Shown here one piece after another: positions 56,074 to 64,000 of a stretch of DNA of 64,000 bases. This DNA is from Eledone cirrhosa (lineage: Eukaryota). Made by a program: the position numbers and the translations under genes. The stretch is from contig OZ024745.1 of NCBI GenBank assembly GCA_964016885.1, forward strand, positions 96,782,001 to 96,846,000. The letters run 5' to 3'. Each line of letters starts with the position of its first letter. Position 1 is the stretch's first letter. The notes beneath the pieces were generated by a model that was not told the DNA's origin, did no database searches, and saw only the letters and a program-made list of their open reading frames with translations.

Positions 56074-56238
56074 TCTATCTAAGGTGGGTAAAATTCACGA
56101 GATCCATGGACGAGTTCTCTCCAGCGGTCTCTGTCCCTCATTATCGCTGCCATGTCCTGCGTCTCCAACAGACCAGTGTCTGTCCTTAGGGCATCAACAT
56201 ACGTTAACCTTGGTCTTCCTCTTCTAGTGTGTCCATGT
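56074..56238 (-). mobile_element. 3'-terminal fragment of the same RTE family as 30471-33743
   Basis: Near-identical to the reverse complement of ~33584-33745. Confidence 0.9.
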
Positions 56239-56529
56239 ACACACATAAAGGGAGTTAATCGCTAAATTGTATATGTGAGATTCTGCTGTGTGTGTACTAA
56301 TATATACATATATACATACACAACGAAAGTATCCTCGTTTCACTCTAAAATAGAGATCATCATTAATTACATATTTTTAAATGTTTGTTTCAGTAAGTGT
56401 TCTCTCTATTCCTTAATTTCTCAAATCAAAACATTGAAAGGCTGTTTATTACCGTAGTGCTAATAACGGGAATTTCGTGGGTACAACTTTCATTATTCAC
56501 TAGCATTTGTTTCTCTTCATTTTTTGTCT

Positions 56530-56895
56530 TTTATCCTTACAGGGTCGATAAAATAAAGTACCAGTCACGCACGGGGGGTGCGCTTTAATCGACTTTCCTC
56601 TACCCCGGAATTGCTGGCCTTGTGCTTATATAAGAAGCCATTATTGACTAGCATTTGTTTCTCTCCATCCTTCTTAATAGGGCGGTGGATTGTCAGTATC
56701 GGTAGAACGTCGAACACCATGCTTCGTAACATAGAGTTACGGCCCTTTACTTCTGAATTCAAATCCAGCCGAGGTTACATTTGCCTTTCATCATTACGGG
56801 GTCGATAAAATAAAGTACCAGTAAAGTACTGGGATCGATTTAATCGACTTTCACCTTCCCTTCAAATTGTTGACCTTGTGCCTAAAATAGAAACA
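56530..56895 (+). mobile_element. Partial plus full-length tRNA-derived SINE
   Basis: Same head and core as 27144-27362. Confidence 0.82.
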
Positions 56896-58604
56896 ATTAT
56901 TATGTATGTGTACACATTTAAATTAAACTCAAACCGAACTCGACTTTACCTTTATTATGTAAACATATAAAGTCACATTCTTTGTTTAAGAGCCCACATT
57001 TTCGTCATTAGTTGAAATTTCTCCTCGTTCGAATTTATCTTTATTATGTGAATATAACGTATGCTTTAATCTTTCCTTAGTAAACTAAATATATATTGTA
57101 GTAAACCTTTGCTTGACTGTTTTTCTTTTATTCATTTATTTTAAATATATTAAGAACTCATTGAAAACAGGGTTGTAATTCATAAAAAGGATTCTAACTG
57201 TCTGTATGTCTCCCGTAATGCTTTAAGCATCTAACCCTACTCCTTATAACATTTTTATCTCTGTCTATTTAGTGTGTAGTAATCACCCTCTTTCTTTTGT
57301 AAATCACTATCAATTGTTTTTCCGCTACCCCCATATTATCGAATAGCTGTTTTTTTACTACACACACACAGACACAGACACACACACACACATTTTTCCT
57401 TTCATATTATTATCATTTTTTACTTCTACTCATTCTACTTCTCACATCTTTCATTTTTTTGTCCCTCATTTTTACTTGCCTTCTATCTCTCCCAAGCTAT
57501 CTCTTTATTTTTTCAGTTTCTTCTTGTATGATATGTGTCTCTTTAACTAAAAATTGCATTTATCTTACTTTTTACATAGATATAAGTAAATACATTTAGG
57601 CTAAAAAAAAAACTAGTCTGTTATATTGTACTATATTATCGACTTCAGAAGGCTGAAAGATGTCAATAATGACAAAAATGCCGTCTCACTGTATCCATCC
57701 TACCAGAGTCACTTGTGCCTATCTTCAGCATCATTTTAACTTCTTTTACTGACACCCTCTCTTTCATATTACTACAAAACATTTTACTTTCACGTCTTTA
57801 CTGCTCCTTTTCGCTTTCATTCTTTGTCTTTCATTTCTCTCACGCTTTCTACTTCTTCTACTCTATAATCTCCTATTCTTTCCGGTAACCGTAACTGTTA
57901 ATGTACATGATGTGTTTATATGGATGCCTTCTATAACTTAAGTTACAAAAGGTATTGCTTCTGGTCAGTTCCAATGTCGGCCACCTCGGGAAACTTCAGT
58001 TTCCACGTTATACGAGTTACAGACCAGTCAACTTGCCCCGTATGACGGGGAGATCTCCCACCCACTTTAGGGTGGGTTAGCGATGTCTTCTCTTGTGAAA
58101 ATGGGTATAGCCTTCATTGTGTAAAATCTTCCCATTTCTAATTTTTCCCTGTTTTGGAGGCACCTTTTTCCAAGGTACTCCCCGTTTCAGTTTTTAGAGT
58201 TTGGCAGGTTTAGAATTATCATATTTTCATTAGTGGTTTATCTCTTGACACTCTTTTTTCAACTAATTTTTTTAAATTCTTTTATGAATTAAAATATTTC
58301 AAGAAAACGGATAACATTATGTTCAATAATGGTTTCAAACTAATTAAATACGTTTTCATTTTCACTTAATCTTGTGTTCTATTTAACGCACATCAATTAG
58401 CAACATGGCATTTAGACAATAGAATTCTGGAGTATACTATTCTTATTAAGCACGTATCTTTAACACGGTGCGTTGAACACCGAAGAGCTATAAAACGATT
58501 TGAAAAATACATTTAATTTCTTACATGAACGCCAACTTTTCAAGAGGAACCTAACAGTTTTCTGTTAAACTGAAATATGTATAGCTTATTTTTAACTTGC
58601 TGGC

Positions 58605-58670
<66 letters not shown>

Positions 58671-59101
58671 AGATAAGCAGAACAAGCAAAATTCAAACAA
58701 TTTCTTAAAATAAATTAAAAAATATAATTTAAATATTTACTTACTCTATATATATATATATAAAAATAATATACATATGTGTGTGTGCGTGTATACATGT
58801 AATTAAATAAACGCATATAAAATACACACATAAATACGTATATAACGCATGCACACACATACCTACAGGTAAATACACATATGTTCGCTAAATGTGCGTC
58901 AACCAAAACGCAAAGTTCACATATACACACCCTACATACGAGCAAATCCGCATACGCACACAAACGCAAAATACACGTATACACATATACACATGCACCA
59001 GTATATATAATATAATATATACACCTATAACAAATACAAGCAAATATACGCACGAGAAAGTATACGTACCTTCACAAAACATACGGGTAATATATACTTA
59101 C

Positions 59102-60960
59102 CTATACAAATAAGTATAAACATAAAATATACTTAGCTACCACATCAAGACGTAAATTATCCGCGTATTGTTTGTACCATCCGTTAGGGTGTAATGTGGG
59201 GCTGTAATACAGGAAAGTTTTATGCAATTTATGTTTACAAGCCGATTCAGATTTTTTGTTCAAAATGTGGTCATTGGCGTAGAGTATTTCCAGGGCTTCA
59301 GCGGCGCAGAGGTCGCATGGTCTTTTATTTCCATTATACGATCTAGCCCTAGCTAGGATCTCCCAGTGTAACTTATATTGGGTGTGGTTGTCTTTTAGAC
59401 TCCAGATATAAGCTGAAAGTGACGTCATATTCCTTTTTAAAGGGTTAAGAAAAGAATGGGTGTGCATGTAAAGACGCTGCTTGAATCTATTGGCGGTTAA
59501 CCCAATGTAGGCCCTACGGGACGTGGGTGTTTCAACCTTACATTTGTTGACAATGTTACTGGAGAGGCATTTCCCGGATTGGAGGCAGTCAACCCGATTC
59601 CTACAATTACAGTTAGTACTAGCTACAGGGTTGCACGTGTTCCTACGGCTATGTAATTTAGTTAAATTTGAAGCAGTGATGTTATGTGCAAGGTTAGGAG
59701 TCGTAGAGTAAGAAATTTTAATGGTATTTGTATTGAAAATTTTATTATATTTATATGCTGGGGGAAAATGCCACCTCCATATTATATGGTGGGTTATACC
59801 TTATAATGCGTCGGGATCTATTTTTCCTGGGTCTATGCTCATACTCAGTATATGCTACCTTATCGACAAATCCACTTCGAGCAAGAGCTTCATTGTAATA
59901 TGTGGAATGGTCGGTGAAAATATGCTCGTTTGTAGATAGACGGGAAAGCCTCAAAGAAACGTTTCTTACCAGGTTCTTTGTTATGCTGGCAGTATGGTTA
60001 GAATGCTTACTTATGTAATTAAGCGTATCATTGGGCTTTCTATACGGGTAGTGCAAGCCATTCGACAAATTGAGGGTAACGTCGAGGTAATTAACGACCG
60101 AGAGGTTGACCTCAACCTGTATGGAGAGGTTGAAGCCTTTAAAGAAGGCTGTGAGTTTTTCTGAACCTGTCGCAAGCGTGTGGGCCGCACTTTGTCATAG
60201 TCAAAAGACCGTCATCACGGTACAAACCACCGCCCACATTGGGGAATTCTTCCTTGATAGAGAAGAGAAGGAAAAGGCCGATAAGATCAGTAACCTCCGC
60301 AGAATCGTTGGCGCCCATACTCACGTCGAATGGGGTACTATTAAATGTTTTAATCCAAATAGAGTCGTCGAAACTAATCACCGACTTACGGGCATTGTGG
60401 ATGACATCAACTTCGAAATCCTTAACCACCGTGAGCGTTTTAGCGAAATTGATAGCTCTAAGAAGAAGTGGTAAAGTGATGAAAAAGTAGTAATTATTGA
60501 TGTCGAATTGGATAAAACGGCAATGTTCCTTGTTGTATATGCCATTGAACCAATCAATCACCGCGAAAGAATTGTTCCACAGCGCAAGAGGGACCAAGCT
60601 TCTAATTTCAGGTAAAATTCTATCTAAAATCCTTTTACTAAGTCTACCTAAATCGGACTTCGTAGGGTTAATAAGCCGAATAGAAGGGTTGTTGGGGGAA
60701 ATTGGGTTTGTGATCCTTTAGGGTAAAGTGGGGAGAAATAGGATCCAGAGGTTCAGTCCTGTTCTGGATGTTGAGTTCAGAGATGATTTTAATCCCAGCA
60801 TCGTTGATTTCATTAATGACACTCCGGTTAGTTTTACGGTAATCCTTAGTTACAGGATTGTGTAGCAGCTGATGGTAAGTACTGCGCTCCACTTGATATA
60901 GATTGCCATCAGAGTGAACGTGCACGGCATTAGAATCCTTCTGTTGAAAATTATGAATGC
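59102..60960 (-). pseudogene. Decayed Naiad-like PLE (RT + GIY-YIG, multiple frameshifts)
   Basis: LKDHK, FIQFDI, MGANDSAEVTDLIG, GLYRDDGL, YNPPY and CDLCAAE spread over several frames. Confidence 0.88.
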
Positions 60961-61377
60961 TTGTTGAAAAAAGAAGTGACATATTCACTACTTTAAAACA
61001 ATAGCGTAAGGTCTTCAAAATGCTTTTAATTAAGCATACAGTGTATTACCAAATACACTATATATATACGTTCATATATACATCGCTATTTCAGAGCACC
61101 AATTCTAATTTTAAATGTTTACTGGACCGGCAACCGCTCTGTATAATCAGTTCCTGATTATTCCTGGGATTCTATAAGAATCCAACATTCATAATTTTCA
61201 ACACACAAGGGGAGTGCTAAGCTCTGAGGAATACCAACAGTATGAAATAGAGATCTGTCAGCTTATCTCCCTTTGTTTGTTGAAAAAAGAAGTGACATAG
61301 TCACTACTTTAAAACAATAGTGTAAGGTCTTCAAAATGCTTTTAATTAAGCATACAGTGTATTACCAAATACACTAT

Positions 61378-61378
<1 letters not shown>
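60961..61378 (+). mobile_element. Retrozyme-like tandem, ~1.3 units of ~316 bp
   Basis: ~100-bp direct repeat at 60961 and 61277, one HHR, non-coding. Confidence 0.8.
61218..61265 (+). ncRNA. Canonical type I hammerhead ribozyme
   Basis: taagct-CTGAGGA-atac caaca gtat-GAAA-tag agat ctg-TC-agctta; stem I extends further (caaggggag/ctccctttg). Confidence 0.9.
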
Positions 61379-61411
<33 letters not shown>

Positions 61412-61605
61412 GAAAACAGGGAGAAAGAGACGATTATGAGGAAGAAAAATTTTTTTTTTTCCTTTTTTGTTTCTCTCTCTTTTTTCTGGGTTAGAAAATG
61501 ATTAAAACGAGATGTTTTATTTTGTGTGAAGTGTTAAGGCATTAGTTGATTTATTTATTATTTAACAATGGCATTTATTTATCTATTTATATATTTAATT
61601 ATTGT

Positions 61606-61647
61606 CTATTACCGGTTTCAGCATTTATATGCATTATCAAATGATAG
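61606..61647 (-). ncRNA. Hammerhead, U3-A8 variant, in the 3' UTR of the 62-63 kb PLE
   Basis: at-TTGATAA-t gcat ataa atgc t-GAAA-ccgg-TA-atag; stem I is imperfect. Confidence 0.62.
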
Positions 61648-62046
61648 TGAAATGTATTACTGTGGTGTCGCACATGTTAAACAGAAGGTGCAGAAAGAAT
61701 AATGTTATTTACAAACAAGGTTTAAGAAGTGAAAAGAAAAAAGAAAAGGGGAAAAACGTGCATAATGTGGAACGTAAAAAGTCAATGTGGAAGAAAAAGT
61801 AATGTTATTTACAAGCACAGTCATTGAAGTTAAGCAGATCAAAATGTGTTAATATAGCAAGAGTGCTTAGTTGAACCATGATGGAGGAAAATGGTGGACT
61901 GAGGTTTGATATGATTTCCCTTTTTAGAGAGTTAATATGCAGAGGGAAGCAATTCTTGTTGGGTGATATTTAATTTATTTAAAAAAAGGATTAGGTAGGG
62001 TGTGAGGGAGGTAACTCTTGTAAATGTTTGATGGTTTGTTGCAGTT

Positions 62047-63238
62047 TTAGATTGGTCCAAATTTTAGAGCATTGAGTAGTGGTTGAAATTTATTAATGAA
62101 ATGTGTTTCCTTATTGGTACGTTGGATGAAAGTAGCGTTGTCTATGAATTTGTAAATGGGGAAAATTTTATAGTTTGGATGTTGGTTGAGAGCACAATTG
62201 GCGATATGTTCACTAAATGCAATCTTTCTGTATTTCTGTATTTTAATTTGTGATTTATGGACGGTCATACGTTGACGGAGGCTGTTTTTTGTCTGTCCTA
62301 TGTAGTGCTCTTGACAACCTGAGCAGGTCAAAACATAGATAAGGTTTTCAGATGCACATGTAAAGTTGTGTTTAACTGTGAAACGTTGTCCTTGTTTAAA
62401 ATGGAATGTTGAACCTTCTATTAGATTTATGCATATGCCACAGTTGGGCCTTCCGCATTTTGTTACTGTAGGGTTCATTGTGAGGGTTTGTTGGATTTTG
62501 GCTTGTGTGAGGATGTTTTTTATGGATTTGGGTTGTCTTTTGCTCTTTATGATGTTGTGTGTTTGAAGGATATTGTTCATTCTTGGGTCTCTTTTTCGTA
62601 AAGGAATGTTCTGGAGGATGGTGTGGAATGCCTCATTGTTGAGGGTGTTGTGTGTGGAGATGTATGGTAGAGTTTTTTGTTGCGGTTCATTCCTGGGTTT
62701 GGGGTGTCTGAGTTCCTGGATGTCTAGTTTTAGGGCACGTTGGAATCCATTGGTGATTAGGGATGGTGGGTAGTTTCTGCTGATAAGTGTGTTTTTTAAT
62801 TCTTCTAGTCGTGTGTAGCATGTGTATTTATCTGAAACTATTGTGCAGATCCTTCTGGTTAGATTATAAGGAATTGCCATTTTGGTGTGTCTAGGGTGGC
62901 ACGAGTTGAATGGAAGGTATTGTTTGGAGTCTGTGGGTTTGTAGTATATGTCTGTTTCTATTTTGTTGCTTGTTTTCTTGATGAGGATATCGAGGAAAGG
63001 GAGTTGTTCATGGCTGTAATCCATTGTGAATTGTAAGTTAGTGTTGCGTCCATTCAGAAGGGTTTTGAACTCAAACAGTCTATCTATACTTTCATGCCAG
63101 AAGATGAAGCAGTCATCCAGATATCTCTTCCAGTTCGTTTCTATGTGTTGGTAGAAGTGATTGCCGTATTTGTCTAAAACTTTGCGGTAGAGAATGGTTT
63201 ACAAATATCCCATGACAAGGTTGGCGTATGAGGGGTTG
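62047..63238 (-). pseudogene. 5'-truncated PLE of a non-Naiad clade (Neptune/Nematis-like, tentative)
   Basis: PSYANLVMGY, WKRYLDDCF, LPFLDI, YYKPTD..YL..SCHP, CGRPNCGIC, LIYVLTC..C..YIGQT. Confidence 0.88.
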
Positions 63239-64000
63239 GCGTTGATGTGGCTCCTACGTAAAGGGGTTCAGAGTTGGGGGTTTTTACTCTACATCCGTAT
63301 ATTAAGTTCTTCCTTAGCCATTCATTACTAAGGGGGCATAATGTGGGGCTCTGCAGTTGCAGGAAGTGGTCGACCACCGAGTGCCTAATGTGGGGTTCCC
63401 GTTGCGTATTATAGGTTGGTCATCTCCCGGACGCTGTGGGGGGGTCCCTGGGCCTGTTTCGGTTCCCAGGGTGGGTACTGGGTCCACCCTTCCTTCCCTC
63501 CACATGGCTCTGTGGATGCTTATATTGCCAGCTTCTGGTTGTGTGTAGTTTTTAAGTCTACCACTATTGATGCTAGGTATGTGCTGGGCTACATTTCGCG
63601 TGGTAGAATACGAGAGCTTCACAGTGTGACTGTTGAAGATCTTGTGGTATCTATGGTCCCTCGGGAAGCATTTATCTAGTGCTCTAAAGAATGACCGGGC
63701 CAGGCTGCTCTTTAGGGCCGCTGAGTAGGGTGGGTTGTACCACGTGATTTTTCTACGTCTATTCATATGTGGGTGGGTTGAGCGTGCTGTGGGCTGTTGG
63801 GGAGCTGTTGGGTTGCTAGTGGTTCCCGCATTGTTGCTTCCCCTTTGGGCGTTATGTGTTTTGCTAGCTTCCCGGCTCGTACCTGTGGGATGGTTGTTGC
63901 CCACGCTGGGTGTTTTGCAATGGGATGATCCTCCATCCGTCCCGCTTCGTCTCTTGCAGTTGGGGGCGTCGGGCCCGGGGTGGTTAGTATCACCCCTGGG
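63239..64000 (-). pseudogene. Decayed Naiad-like PLE fragment (linker to start of GIY-YIG), cut by the window edge
   Basis: RRRKITWYNPPYS, IFNSHTVKLSYS, CNCR, CPL, LIY..YVGATST. Confidence 0.85.

Noticed and set aside
57955-58100. Hairpin-rich GC island considered as an HDV-like ribozyme
   Set aside because: Only simple hairpins (ccccgt/acgggg, cccacc/ggtggg); the nested double pseudoknot could not be built.

Overview
Eukaryotic, AT-rich, microsatellite-dense DNA. The SINE and retroelement repertoire suggests an octopus or related mollusc (inference). No host gene is confidently identified; there are two weak candidate exons. The window is dominated by retroelements, most of them in or beside (TA)n tracts. 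(1) Eight Penelope-like elements (PLEs; RT + C-terminal GIY-YIG): six Naiad-like copies, including an intact 712-aa ORF at 35883-38021 and a 5'-truncated copy with a ~2.95-kb inverted repeat at 683-7863, plus two decayed copies from other PLE clades. (2) An RTE-type LINE with a twin-priming-type 5' inversion. (3) R4/Dong-like and CRE-like endonuclease fragments. (4) About ten tRNA-derived SINEs. The main unannotated signal is about 27 type I hammerhead ribozyme (HHR) motifs, read by eye, from roughly 17 sequence families; several show compensatory base changes between copies. They lie at PLE 3' ends, in non-coding tandem retrozyme-like units (~434 nt, ~316 nt), and in short fold-back elements whose two 3' ends face outward into (TA)n, usually with a one-sided tail. 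A further non-coding tandem family (661-745 nt) has a highly conserved structured core but no canonical HHR, making it a candidate unconventional ribozyme. All folds are manual and no cleavage activity is demonstrated.
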